Virus record (IMG/VR): IMGVR_UViG_3300045988_098105
Span: 1 to 64,000 of that record
DNA from: a virus
Direction: 5' to 3' (one strand)
DNA: 64,000 bases
The notes under the pieces were generated by a model. It was given only the letters and a program-made list of their open reading frames with translations. It made no database searches and was not told the origin of the DNA. Position numbers and translations under genes: made by a program. Positions 35,133 to 43,366 of the stretch are shown in pieces (the stretch's first letter is position 1; each line of letters starts with the position of its first letter).

Positions 35133-35447
35133 ATGAAGAATGAAACAAAATTAAACAAAGTAAAGGAGTTCCTTGATGGAAACAACATCAAGTACGTTAC
35201 TCCTAAGAATGCCGGAAAGAAAGGTCATAGTGACTTATTTCTGCCTTCATTCAGAATCTACATCAAACTTCAAGGTGAAGATGATGAGTTGTTCTATAAA
35301 ACCCATCACATAGGTGTGCATCCTATCTTCATCCGTGATGGTGAAACTCCTAAGTTTGTTCTTGAGAAAGTACAAAACACCATCATCAAGATAATGCAGA
35401 AGAAACAGGCAGCATTTGAGAAATGTAAAAAGAAGTCGTTGAACTAA
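35133..35447 (+). CDS. hypothetical protein (104 aa)
   Basis: Track ORF trimmed to ATG 35133 (MKNETKLNK). GHSDLFLP...RIYIKLQGEDD faintly resembles a PD-(D/E)xK nuclease core. Confidence 0.5.
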   Translation: MKNETKLNKVKEFLDGNNIKYVTPKNAGKKGHSDLFLPSFRIYIKLQGEDDELFYKTHHIGVHPIFIRDGETPKFVLEKVQNTIIKIMQKKQAAFEKCKKKSLN

Positions 35448-35459
35448 AAATTATAGTGT

Positions 35460-35708
35460 ATGAAAGAAGAAGATTTACAGAAAGCTATTCAGTTGAAGAG
35501 ACAACTTGATAGTAAAAGAGACCTTTTGCAGTTTGCAAGTAGCTATTATGTGGATTTAAAAGTTAATCTTGAAGAAAGATGCAACCACGAAATTCGCGAT
35601 ATAGGTTACCTTCTCGATGATAATGTTATCAAAGAACTGCAAGCGAAAGTTATCGCCAACATCGAGAAGAGAATTAATGACTTACAGGAAGAATTAGAAA
35701 AGTTGTAG
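35460..35708 (+). CDS. hypothetical coiled-coil protein (82 aa)
   Basis: Track ORF. Confidence 0.5.
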   Translation: MKEEDLQKAIQLKRQLDSKRDLLQFASSYYVDLKVNLEERCNHEIRDIGYLLDDNVIKELQAKVIANIEKRINDLQEELEKL

Positions 35709-35712
35709 GCTT

Positions 35713-35925
35713 ATGGGAAGTTTTATAAAAGATCGTCTTATTTATGCACGCTGCTGGACGCATTCGACAGGTAGATGTAAGGATTGTACTTGTTGTTACA
35801 CCTTCAAGAAATGTAAGGACTTCGTAAATTCTTTTTGGAAGATACACCGCTACAGGCATTATCACAAGACGAAAGCGAAATATCCATGTACGCTTGTTGA
35901 GTTCAGAAAAAGAGTTAATCGTTAA
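35713..35925 (+). CDS. hypothetical Cys/His-rich protein (70 aa)
   Basis: CWTHSTGRCKDCTCCYTFKKC suggests a metal-binding cluster. Confidence 0.45.
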   Translation: MGSFIKDRLIYARCWTHSTGRCKDCTCCYTFKKCKDFVNSFWKIHRYRHYHKTKAKYPCTLVEFRKRVNR

Positions 35926-35937
35926 AATTTATAGCTT

Positions 35938-36216
35938 ATGGAATTTGAAAGATATTATTATGCAGTAGCATCCTTCATGTGTAAGAATGGCTCAATTAGT
36001 GTTAATTCGGTTACGTGTAGTGTTAGAGAGGAAAAGTTCTATCCTCTCATGAACATCATCACTGATGTGGAAGAGAAATTCGGGTATAATTTGGCTAGAG
36101 GAACAGTAATCGTCCAGAGTGTTATTGAGATTAGTAAACAAGACTACGATGCTTACAATGAACGCATCGCTAAAATGAACGAGAAGAATGGAAAGGTTGA
36201 CAAAGGTAATGGATAA
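35938..36216 (+). CDS. hypothetical protein (92 aa)
   Basis: Track ORF. Confidence 0.5.
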   Translation: MEFERYYYAVASFMCKNGSISVNSVTCSVREEKFYPLMNIITDVEEKFGYNLARGTVIVQSVIEISKQDYDAYNERIAKMNEKNGKVDKGNG

Positions 36217-36595
36217 GTACTTGAAGAAAGCTGTCGCTGATTGGGATAAGAAGAAAGTTCTGACCCTTGTTGTTAGCAAGGAATGGTTCGATAAAATCGC
36301 ATCGGGCGAGAAGACGGAAGAGTATCGGGAGATAAAGCCGTATTGGGCTTCCCGACTGGTGAACCAACAAGCCGAAAGCGGTGAGGTGCTTTTCGATGAG
36401 TTTGGCGGTTATTGTCGCGTGATAGGCAAGCTGGAATATAAACCATACACTCATGTCCTCTTCATCAACGGCTACCGCAAGGATAGTCCACGTATCGAAA
36501 AGGAGATTGAGAGTATCACCATCGGCAAACCTAAAAAAGGCTTATGCCCCGAAAAATGGCTTGGTACTGAGTTTTTTATAATTAAGTTTAAGTAG
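36209..36595 (+). CDS. ASCH-domain protein
   Basis: LTLVVSKEWFDKIASGEKTEEYREIKPYWASRL ... HVLFINGYRKDSPRIEKEIESITIG fits the ASCH (PUA-like) pattern. An alternative start is at 36188. Confidence 0.55.
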   Translation: MDKYLKKAVADWDKKKVLTLVVSKEWFDKIASGEKTEEYREIKPYWASRLVNQQAESGEVLFDEFGGYCRVIGKLEYKPYTHVLFINGYRKDSPRIEKEIESITIGKPKKGLCPEKWLGTEFFIIKFK

Positions 36596-36598
36596 CGT

Positions 36599-36766
36599 AT
36601 GAAGAAGGTAAGTTTTAGTTTCAAATATCTTATAACAAAATACGATAGTTGCTTTTATCTCATGCCGACTTTAATCGTATGGACTCCCCGAAGAGTTATC
36701 TATGAAATTAGTATAAACTTTTTGTTTTGGGAACTTAATGTTAGAATAAGAACAAGAAAGGAGTAG
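36599..36766 (+). CDS. small hypothetical protein (55 aa)
   Basis: Found by hand, bounded by two copies of TAGCGTATGAA. Confidence 0.35.
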   Translation: MKKVSFSFKYLITKYDSCFYLMPTLIVWTPRRVIYEISINFLFWELNVRIRTRKE

Positions 36767-36769
36767 CGT

Positions 36770-37021
36770 ATGAAAAGAAGATTCTTTGGAAATTTCAAGG
36801 CTCGCATTCCTCGCAAGCTAAAGAAGGCTGCTAGGTATGGTATTGAAAGACGTGTATACCCAACGACACAAGAGACGGAAACCGCCTATGGTCATGTGTA
36901 CTTCCATGATGAAAGGATTGAGTTTGCAATAATAGGGAGACAAACCAAGTGGAAAGTAAAGGCACGTTTGGCTTGTATAAAAGAATTAAAGAGACAACTT
37001 GCCTATAATTGGTATGTATAA
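36770..37021 (+). CDS. hypothetical basic protein (83 aa)
   Basis: Track ORF and last gene of the + operon. Confidence 0.5.
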   Translation: MKRRFFGNFKARIPRKLKKAARYGIERRVYPTTQETETAYGHVYFHDERIEFAIIGRQTKWKVKARLACIKELKRQLAYNWYV

Positions 37022-37050
37022 AGTAACAGAACGATAATGTGGTAAACAGA

Positions 37051-37078
37051 AAAATCAGAGCCTAGTGCTCTGCTTTTT
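37051..37078 (+). terminator. bidirectional intrinsic terminator
   Basis: AAAAT-CAGAGC-CTAGT-GCTCTG-CTTTTT. The loop contains the stop codon of the convergent minus-strand gene. Confidence 0.65.
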
Positions 37079-37478
37079 CCTTGTCTTCACGTTCTCGTTT
37101 CTCGGCTATAGCCTGTCTGAGCCACGCGCCTTTGTTGCGTCCTAGGGATTCACAAAACTCAAACGTTTCTTCGTTTACATGCGTCACAACCCTGTAGATG
37201 AGGGCAGCTGCGCCCTTGCTCGGTGCTCCGGCTCGCTCTCTGCGGCCACCCCACCCTGGATGCTGACTGACCTTGCATTGCTGAACCTTGCCCTTGCTAT
37301 TGATGCGGAACTTCATTTTCAGCCGGTCATTTACCCAAACTTCAGCAATTACCGCATCGGGCGTCTGCTGAAGGGTAGATTTGGCAATACCGATAAGATA
37401 GGATTTATCCTTGAAGAAGGTCTCTGTCTCATCGAGTATCGCCCAATCATCGTAGATTATGATTCTTGCCTTTTCCAT
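37062..37478 (-). CDS. hypothetical protein with possible C-terminal ribbon-helix-helix (138 aa)
   Basis: GGRRERAGAPSKGAAALIYRVVTHVNEETFEFCESLGRNKGAWLRQAIAEK looks like a strand-helix-helix arrangement. Confidence 0.5.
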   Translation of the reverse strand: MEKARIIIYDDWAILDETETFFKDKSYLIGIAKSTLQQTPDAVIAEVWVNDRLKMKFRINSKGKVQQCKVSQHPGWGGRRERAGAPSKGAAALIYRVVTHVNEETFEFCESLGRNKGAWLRQAIAEKREREDKEKAEH

Positions 37479-37547
37479 ATCCTCAACCTAATATTGCCAT
37501 CAGTATCGTGAATAAGAAGATAAAGAGCACGAACCATTCCTGTTTAC

Positions 37548-37718
37548 TCATAGCTTAACCTCCTTTCTTCTACTCTTGCGATGATAAATTTGAAGTGCTT
37601 TAACAACTCTGTGGTCTTCTTTCCAACCAAAAGAAGCTTTAATCACTCGTTTCAGCCAATACATATTTTTACCCTTGTCGGGTCCGAGAAGTATCTTCTT
37701 TACAAATCTTGCTTTCAT
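37548..37718 (-). CDS. small basic hypothetical protein (56 aa)
   Basis: Found by hand, with ATGA overlaps at both ends. Confidence 0.35.
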   Translation of the reverse strand: MKARFVKKILLGPDKGKNMYWLKRVIKASFGWKEDHRVVKALQIYHRKSRRKEVKL

Positions 37719-38098
37719 TTCTCACCTCCTTTCTTATCGAATTTATTGCCAACAACTTTTAGTCGGCTATTACGCAACATACCCCCTAAAGTATTTGGAT
37801 AGAGAACAGGGTATTCTGTATTCACTAAACTAAAACTAGTGTTGCCTTGATGCCAGACTACTTCATAGATACTGCCTGTCTTCTCGTATCTGAGCAAATC
37901 ATGCTCATAGATGGAAGTTCCGTCACAATCCTGTGCACCTGTAAATTGGCAGACTGTAGAAGAGTTGACATCAATACCAAAATACTCATCTAATGGAACG
38001 ATAACAACCTCTTTGTCTGTAATGTTCATAAAGTCACCAAACTCCCATTCTCCGTTATCAAGACGTCTAGCCTTGAACTTGATATTTCCGATTTTCAT
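37715..38098 (-). CDS. YopX-family protein
   Basis: IKFKARRLDNGEW ... STVCQFTGAQDCDGTSIYEHDLL ... YEVVWHQGNTSF matches the YopX pattern (KFRAW ... QYTGLKDKNGKEIYEGDI). Confidence 0.7.
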   Translation of the reverse strand: MKIGNIKFKARRLDNGEWEFGDFMNITDKEVVIVPLDEYFGIDVNSSTVCQFTGAQDCDGTSIYEHDLLRYEKTGSIYEVVWHQGNTSFSLVNTEYPVLYPNTLGGMLRNSRLKVVGNKFDKKGGEK

Positions 38099-38367
38099 TT
38101 CTCCCCTCCTTCCTCGATTACTCCTATCGGTTTGATGTCGTTCACACTTTCATCCTCGGTGAAGAAGGAAACCTTCATCGTGTCGCTCACGTAGGCCATG
38201 GCCACAACATCTTCATGTGCGTTCTTGATGATACAGATGTCTCCTCTTACCTCGTTCTGCATTTTCAGATACTTCACGGCTGCATCCTTCACCGCCAAAG
38301 GATTCATTTTCTTTGTTATCGTCTCCCCCGACTGAGGAAAGACGAAGATAAATTCTTGCTTATTCAT
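38095..38367 (-). CDS. hypothetical protein (90 aa)
   Basis: Track ORF with a 4-nt overlap. Confidence 0.5.
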   Translation of the reverse strand: MNKQEFIFVFPQSGETITKKMNPLAVKDAAVKYLKMQNEVRGDICIIKNAHEDVVAMAYVSDTMKVSFFTEDESVNDIKPIGVIEEGGEK

Positions 38368-38368
38368 A

Positions 38369-38638
38369 TTAATCTAATTCACTTTCTGTTATTAACAACT
38401 CATCAAACATAATACTATCCTTGCATGAACAGCTCCATGATGATTCGTCCTTGTCTTCAGACACCTCATAGTTATCGGGATATTCCTCCTTGTAGAAGTC
38501 TAGGATATTATCCTCCTCTTCTGCCATCCGCTCCTTGGCTGCGGTCTTGGTGGAGTAAACTCCGATAACATTAACGCCCGAATAATCTTGATTGTCTGCT
38601 CCGTGCTTAATCAACACAAATACTTTCTGTTTCTTCAT
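38369..38638 (-). CDS. hypothetical acidic protein (89 aa)
   Basis: Track ORF. Confidence 0.5.
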   Translation of the reverse strand: MKKQKVFVLIKHGADNQDYSGVNVIGVYSTKTAAKERMAEEEDNILDFYKEEYPDNYEVSEDKDESSWSCSCKDSIMFDELLITESELD

Positions 38639-38648
38639 CTTACACCTC

Positions 38649-38948
38649 CTATTTTTGTTTATCAGTAATCAACTTGCGTTGTTTAGATATAACCTCACCT
38701 GCGTTCTTATCATGCACTCCTTCGTAAAGTCCAAGGTTCATCATAATGATGTTTAGTGCTGGGTCATCTATTTCAATAGCCCTTTCTGCGAGTATTCCAA
38801 GTACACGCATCAAAATAGTAAAAGTCACAGGATAAGGAGTGCTTTTTGAACACTCAGATATCTCTTTCAAGAGCCTTGGTAAATCAACCTTCCACACCAT
38901 ATCGTTCATGACATAATTCTGAACATTCTTACTTTTGATTTTCTTCAT
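38649..38948 (-). CDS. hypothetical protein (99 aa)
   Basis: Track ORF. Confidence 0.5.
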   Translation of the reverse strand: MKKIKSKNVQNYVMNDMVWKVDLPRLLKEISECSKSTPYPVTFTILMRVLGILAERAIEIDDPALNIIMMNLGLYEGVHDKNAGEVISKQRKLITDKQK

Positions 38949-38949
38949 C

Positions 38950-39123
38950 TTACTCGTCCTCCTTCTCTTCTACATCAAATGAAACACTTTCCAACTCGCC
39001 ATTCTCCAAGCAACCCAAATCGTATAAACGTCTTGTGGCATTCTCTGCGTCTTCGGATGATGCTGCGTCTAGCGGTACCTCGTAGGTGATTTTCTCTACG
39101 ATTTCTACTACATACCTTTTCAT
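38950..39123 (-). CDS. hypothetical acidic protein (57 aa)
   Basis: Track ORF 38950..39204 trimmed to ATG 39123 (MKRYVVEIVEK). Confidence 0.4.
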   Translation of the reverse strand: MKRYVVEIVEKITYEVPLDAASSEDAENATRRLYDLGCLENGELESVSFDVEEKEDE

Positions 39124-39233
39124 AATCAAATCCTTTCTTTTAAAAATTAATACTAGTGGACGGATGGTACGTTGCAACCATCTGTAGCGGCTTGAATACC
39201 GCATTCGCCCTATATATAAAACAACAACAACTT

Positions 39234-39428
39234 CTATTTTATCTTCTTACTTATCTTCTCATTTATCTTCTCAAGACAAGTGTGCTTGTCTACTTGCATT
39301 CCGTTCGGGAGGAAGAACCTCTCGGCAAATGGGGTCTGCTTGATGATGAACGTTGTACGTGCCCTGTATCTCTGTCCGAACTTGTCAACATGTATGGCTC
39401 CCTTGAAATATTTGATGATTATCGTCAT
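39234..39428 (-). CDS. hypothetical protein (64 aa)
   Basis: Track ORF. Confidence 0.4.
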   Translation of the reverse strand: MTIIIKYFKGAIHVDKFGQRYRARTTFIIKQTPFAERFFLPNGMQVDKHTCLEKINEKISKKIK

Positions 39429-39444
39429 ATTGCTTACATCTCCT

Positions 39445-39681
39445 CTACAATATCTTCAAAACTCTTTTCTCAATCTCCATAGAAATCAGACTTGCTATGT
39501 CTAAGACTTTCGTTTCCTTGTACTCTCTGGACGTATCGTCATGGATATATATACAGAAACTATCTATCTCGTATCTGTCGCTATCGAACAGAGTATAGCT
39601 TGATGTAGGAAAGCGGAAAATAATTCTGCTCCAATCCTTTTTATCCAACAGATTTTTAACAACTGAATTAGTCATACTCAA
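39445..39681 (-). CDS. hypothetical protein (78 aa)
   Basis: Track ORF. Confidence 0.45.
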   Translation of the reverse strand: MSMTNSVVKNLLDKKDWSRIIFRFPTSSYTLFDSDRYEIDSFCIYIHDDTSREYKETKVLDIASLISMEIEKRVLKIL

Positions 39682-39720
39682 AATGGTTTGTGAGGGAGAT
39701 TTCTCTCCCTCGGGTTAAAC

Positions 39721-40215
39721 TTACTCCTTCATCAGGCTTTCTACAAGTTCTTCCTTGGTGGCAAAGACGTCTACGCCCTTGGTGTATACATCATCATGTC
39801 TTAACAAAACCTTGCAGACTTCCTTGTCTGCATTCTTCTCAATGATGATGCGAGAAATAGTCTTCTCAGCTATCTTGTTATCACGCAGAAGGAAAACCTG
39901 CTGACCAACATAGAAGTTGGTTGTAAGATGCGTCTTTGCTCGTTCCTGTACTTCCCAATCAGACGATAATTCCATACATGCGTACACTTCCTTACCTTCT
40001 GAGAGGTCTTTGGTGATGTGCTCGAAGATTTCCTGTTCTGTTGGCTCTCGCTCTTCTCCGGTCTCTTCATCATCGATGGTGTAAATACTATATTCCCAAC
40101 CTTCCTTGTCTACAAGTTTGAGTCCGGCTGCCTGTGCCTTTACTACGTCTTGTATGGTGTTAATCTCAACTCCTACAAAATTGTCACTCAATCTAACTGC
40201 CTTAGTTGTCTTCAT
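39721..40215 (-). CDS. hypothetical protein (164 aa)
   Basis: Track ORF. Confidence 0.55.
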   Translation of the reverse strand: MKTTKAVRLSDNFVGVEINTIQDVVKAQAAGLKLVDKEGWEYSIYTIDDEETGEEREPTEQEIFEHITKDLSEGKEVYACMELSSDWEVQERAKTHLTTNFYVGQQVFLLRDNKIAEKTISRIIIEKNADKEVCKVLLRHDDVYTKGVDVFATKEELVESLMKE

Positions 40216-40242
40216 AATTTTATCTCCTATAATTTAAATTTG

Positions 40243-40428
40243 TTACTTATTATTGTTCAATTTCTTTATGGTCCCATGCTCTACCGAGTTTTCATAAAAC
40301 TCTTGTGTGAGAAGATTTATTGAACCATAGTACCGAAATATTGTATCTAATGCCTGTTCTGTTGGCATTGCTAGCAATTCACTTTTCAAGTAGTTGTGTA
40401 TTGCTAGTTTAAACTCCTTATCGTCCAT
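40243..40428 (-). CDS. hypothetical protein (61 aa)
   Basis: Track ORF. Confidence 0.4.
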   Translation of the reverse strand: MDDKEFKLAIHNYLKSELLAMPTEQALDTIFRYYGSINLLTQEFYENSVEHGTIKKLNNNK

Positions 40429-40738
40429 AAGTCATTCTTGCATCATAAGTTCTGCCGATAATTTTGTCTATCTTTGCTTGCTGCTGATAATCTGTGCAGT
40501 CGGCAAAGTTCTCCTGTTCCTCATAGAAACGTGCTGCATTCTTCAGCTCATGGAGTGTTGCTTGGGTGTAGTCCTTGTTAGGATCAACTTGCCTAAGGTT
40601 CTCACATGTCTTGCAATACTCGATGAAGTCTACTAGCAAAGATTTCTCCTCGCTCTTGGTCTGCTGCATTCCGGCTCCCATAAGAGGTAGGGCAACTATC
40701 GTTGCCACTACCAAAACTATCTTAATTCTCTTTTTCAT
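40418..40738 (-). CDS. secreted hypothetical protein (106 aa)
   Basis: Signal-like N-terminus MKKRIKIVLVVATIVALPLMGAG with no lipobox Cys. Confidence 0.5.
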   Translation of the reverse strand: MKKRIKIVLVVATIVALPLMGAGMQQTKSEEKSLLVDFIEYCKTCENLRQVDPNKDYTQATLHELKNAARFYEEQENFADCTDYQQQAKIDKIIGRTYDARMTYGR

Positions 40739-40796
40739 ATCTTTACGGATTTAATTTCTTGTTTATCTCTTCTAATGTCTTGTATGTCTCCGGAAA

Positions 40797-40928
40797 CTAC
40801 TCCAAATGTGCTGCCATGAAGACTGCGCAACCAACTGCCTTTGCATAGGCTGATGTTGTTGTTTGATAGAGTAACGCCCTAAGTGCGTCATACTCCTTGT
40901 CTGTAAGTTCTAACTTATTCTTCTTCAT
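40797..40928 (-). CDS. small hypothetical protein (43 aa)
   Basis: Found by hand: MKKNKLELTDKEYDALRALLYQ... It is coupled to the upstream mini-ORF by a TAATG overlap. Confidence 0.3.
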   Translation of the reverse strand: MKKNKLELTDKEYDALRALLYQTTTSAYAKAVGCAVFMAAHLE

Positions 40929-41017
40929 TACTCATCCTCCATGTCTTTTGCTGCTCTCAGTCTGTAGCCTATAAGACTGCCAACTAAGAAGATTAATACA
41001 TAAATTGTGATGTCCAT
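40928..41017 (-). CDS. mini-ORF encoding a single TM helix (29 aa)
   Basis: Found by hand: MDITIYVLIFLVGSLIGYRLRAAKDMEDE. Confidence 0.25.
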   Translation of the reverse strand: MDITIYVLIFLVGSLIGYRLRAAKDMEDE

Positions 41018-41030
41018 AACTTAACCCTCC

Positions 41031-41261
41031 TTAATATCTTAAAATCTTTCTGATTACTGCGGCTGCGAGAACATCGTTAGCGGTTATAGGTCTCGGCTCT
41101 GTTATGCTTTCTGCCCATGCTGCACCGCCAAAACACCAATGGTCTCTTCTCCATTCCTCACAAAACTTCTCGGCCTCCCAACGTGTAGGAAACTCCTTTT
41201 CTCTCATTTCCGAGTGTGGTCTTCTGCCATACTCGTAATGCGCTACGTGATGTACTTTCAT
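41031..41261 (-). CDS. hypothetical protein (76 aa)
   Basis: Track ORF. Confidence 0.45.
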   Translation of the reverse strand: MKVHHVAHYEYGRRPHSEMREKEFPTRWEAEKFCEEWRRDHWCFGGAAWAESITEPRPITANDVLAAAVIRKILRY

Positions 41262-41284
41262 ATCAATTTCCTTTCTTTTAATTG

Positions 41285-41479
41285 TTATGAATTATAAAAA
41301 TTAATAGGCTCATAATCTCTGTTTCTGCAATCGTTTCCTTCCTCATGATAAGGGCATTTATTGTCTTTCTTATAGTAACTGCCAAGGCGGTCATTCATAC
41401 CCATACTAGATACTACAAGTCGATTGCATTTGCCATTTCTGAATGCAAATCTGCAAGATAAACAAATATTCTTTTCCAT
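41285..41479 (-). CDS. hypothetical Cys-rich zinc-finger-like protein (64 aa)
   Basis: CLSC...C and C..H....C spacing. Confidence 0.45.
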   Translation of the reverse strand: MEKNICLSCRFAFRNGKCNRLVVSSMGMNDRLGSYYKKDNKCPYHEEGNDCRNRDYEPINFYNS

Positions 41480-41563
41480 TTCTGTTTCTTTATTAATTGA
41501 TTTAACTTGTGCGGTCTCTAGGCTTGAACTAGATGTGCTCCTCTATTCGCTGACCGCTCCATG

Positions 41564-41689
41564 TTACTTCTTGCCAAAGTTGAAGATTCTAACGAACTGA
41601 TAGAATTGTTTCTTGTCGCAAAGGTGGAAGATGTCTTCCATAATGTATTCCTTACATTCCTTTGTGCCTTCCCTGCAGGTCTCTTGCAT
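41564..41689 (-). CDS. small ORF (41 aa from the first ATG; the open frame extends to 41842 without a start codon)
   Basis: Stop-to-stop frame 41564..41842 is in frame with the TAA of the upstream gene. The first ATG is at 41689 and the first TTG at about 41728. Confidence 0.3.
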   Translation of the reverse strand: MQETCREGTKECKEYIMEDIFHLCDKKQFYQFVRIFNFGKK

Positions 41690-41814
41690 GGCTGCTGCGG
41701 TCTCGTTACCGCATTCGAGCCAATACAAGAAGATAGCTCCTAAACTCTCATAGTCGTTGTACTCGTCATAGTACTTCTTCTGCTGCTCGTAAGTTTTGTT
41801 CTTTTGTAGTATTG

Positions 41815-41836
41815 TGGTGGGGATTGCTCCCCACCA
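41815..41836 (-). other. 9-bp GC-rich hairpin with GNRA loop, 6 nt after a stop codon
   Basis: The minus strand reads TGGTGGGGA-GCAA-TCCCCACCA. No U-tract follows. Confidence 0.7.
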
Positions 41837-41842
41837 AGTTAG

Positions 41843-42079
41843 TTATTCTTCTTCCTCCTCTTCCTCTTCGTCCTCATCGTCATAAGGTCGGGTTTCATCT
41901 ACTTCGCCTTCATAGCTTAAATAAATATCTTCGTCCTTTGCGATAAGTTCAACGTAATCGGCTAGTTCGCTTGTGCCGATAAACTGATACAGGCTATCTA
42001 ACATTCTGCTATCTCCTAATGCTAGGCGCAAGTTGTCAAATGCGTTGCAAACTTCCTTGTAATCTCTTTTTACTGCCAT
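41843..42079 (-). CDS. hypothetical protein with poly-Glu C-terminus (78 aa)
   Basis: Track ORF that ends DDEDEEEEEEEE-TAA. Confidence 0.5.
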   Translation of the reverse strand: MAVKRDYKEVCNAFDNLRLALGDSRMLDSLYQFIGTSELADYVELIAKDEDIYLSYEGEVDETRPYDDEDEEEEEEEE

Positions 42080-42096
42080 ATCCTATTCTCCTATCT

Positions 42097-42279
42097 TTAA
42101 TATTCTATACCATTTAATTTAAGGGCGATTGCCTTTAAGTTCTCTATTCTCTGTTGCGCATTTGGTGTGAGTTCCGCACCGCAAATAAGAACTGCTTGTG
42201 AAAGGTTCATTACCTTATCGTATATAGCGAGAGTGATGCTTGAAATCTCATCGCTTGTAAGTGTTATTGTCTTTTCCAT
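42097..42279 (-). CDS. hypothetical protein (60 aa)
   Basis: Track ORF. Confidence 0.4.
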   Translation of the reverse strand: MEKTITLTSDEISSITLAIYDKVMNLSQAVLICGAELTPNAQQRIENLKAIALKLNGIEY

Positions 42280-42302
42280 TGTCTTAATTGTTTAATGGTT
42301 CA

Positions 42303-42434
42303 TTACTCTTTCCACCAATCGGAAACGTCACTTCTCTTGAGGTGTCTCATTTCCAAAAACTCTTTGAGGGTGCTGCAATAGGTGTTCATAGAATAGCAAT
42401 CACCCTTCAATATAACATGTACTTCCTTAGCCAT
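42303..42434 (-). CDS. small hypothetical protein (43 aa)
   Basis: Found by hand: MAKEVHVILKGDCYSMNTYCSTLKEFLEMRHLKRSDVSDWWKE. Confidence 0.3.
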   Translation of the reverse strand: MAKEVHVILKGDCYSMNTYCSTLKEFLEMRHLKRSDVSDWWKE

Positions 42435-42452
42435 AATCTTATTTTAATGTTG

Positions 42453-42692
42453 TTATTGTAATTCTTGAAATTTTGATGATACCCAAAGAGCCTTTAGTTC
42501 ATAAGTTGTGTAGCAGTTGCCGTGTTCGTCCTTACTGCGTCCTACGCACTTGTAACCAAATGATTTTAGGTCACTTTTAAACCTGTCCATCATCTCATCA
42601 TTATAGCTTTTTGATGTATGTATAGGGCTCATTCTTACTCTGCCGTCTGCAAATCTTTCGATTTTGCGGAAATCTACCAAATATTTTTCCAT
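42453..42692 (-). CDS. hypothetical protein (79 aa)
   Basis: Track ORF. Confidence 0.45.
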   Translation of the reverse strand: MEKYLVDFRKIERFADGRVRMSPIHTSKSYNDEMMDRFKSDLKSFGYKCVGRSKDEHGNCYTTYELKALWVSSKFQELQ

Positions 42693-42705
42693 AATCTTTT
42701 TTCTG

Positions 42706-42765
42706 TTAGGCGTGGGGAGGGGCGTTAGCCCCGCGGGGGCGCTGCCCCCTTATCTCCCCACATTG
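42706..42765. repeat. GC-rich double-hairpin element A
   Basis: GGGGC-GTTA-GCCCC and GGGGGC-GCT-GCCCCC hairpins. The 25-nt core GGGGGCGCTGCCCCCTTATCTCCCC at 42735..42759 is identical to 44442..44466. Confidence 0.85.
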
Positions 42766-43158
42766 TTACTTACTCATTTCATACACCCAACATAAACCTT
42801 CATGCTCTAAGGAGTACTCTTCTGCCTTTTCTCTAGTATCGAATTGTGCGACGACTTCGGGTTTCCTGTCGGGTTCGCAAATGTATTCTTTTACTACGAT
42901 GTAGTACTTCATGCACTCGCCTTCATCTTTGAACACTCCAAAGTATTGTTCGTAATCTTTGAACACAAGCACATCAACAAGTTTACCTCTGTACATTACA
43001 GGAAACTTCCCGATAAACGGATATTCTCCCCAAAACTCTTTGATGTACTCATCATTGTCTTCATATATGTTAGGGCGAACCTCATCTTCGTCTGCAATTA
43101 CGTAACCTTCTTTGGTGTAGAGAAGGTCGCAAATGTAATAATCTGCTAACTTTGCCAT
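42766..43158 (-). CDS. hypothetical protein (130 aa)
   Basis: Track ORF. Its stop abuts GC element A. Confidence 0.55.
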   Translation of the reverse strand: MAKLADYYICDLLYTKEGYVIADEDEVRPNIYEDNDEYIKEFWGEYPFIGKFPVMYRGKLVDVLVFKDYEQYFGVFKDEGECMKYYIVVKEYICEPDRKPEVVAQFDTREKAEEYSLEHEGLCWVYEMSK

Positions 43159-43171
43159 AGTCTTTAATATT

Positions 43172-43366
43172 TTAGTCGTACAACTGAGTGAGTACGTTAT
43201 CGTACAGGTCTCTTGTCTTCTTAACGCTGCTACCCTTCCAATTAAATGGATTCTCGTTTGCAGTTCTTCTAAGCATGTTGGCTATTACCATAGCCTCAGC
43301 CTTAGTCAATTCTAATAAACACATCTTTGTTGTTTCCATTGTCGTTGTTGTTAAAATGTTATACAT
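43172..43366 (-). CDS. hypothetical protein (64 aa)
   Basis: Track ORF and first gene of the long minus-strand early operon. Confidence 0.45.
   Translation of the reverse strand: MYNILTTTTMETTKMCLLELTKAEAMVIANMLRRTANENPFNWKGSSVKKTRDLYDNVLTQLYD

Noticed and set aside
42705-42711. GTTAGGC, which matches the integron attC core GTTRRRY, at the edge of GC element A
   Set aside because: It is a 7-nt match with no inverse core, no attC-like imperfect palindrome geometry and no integron integrase. It is likely chance.
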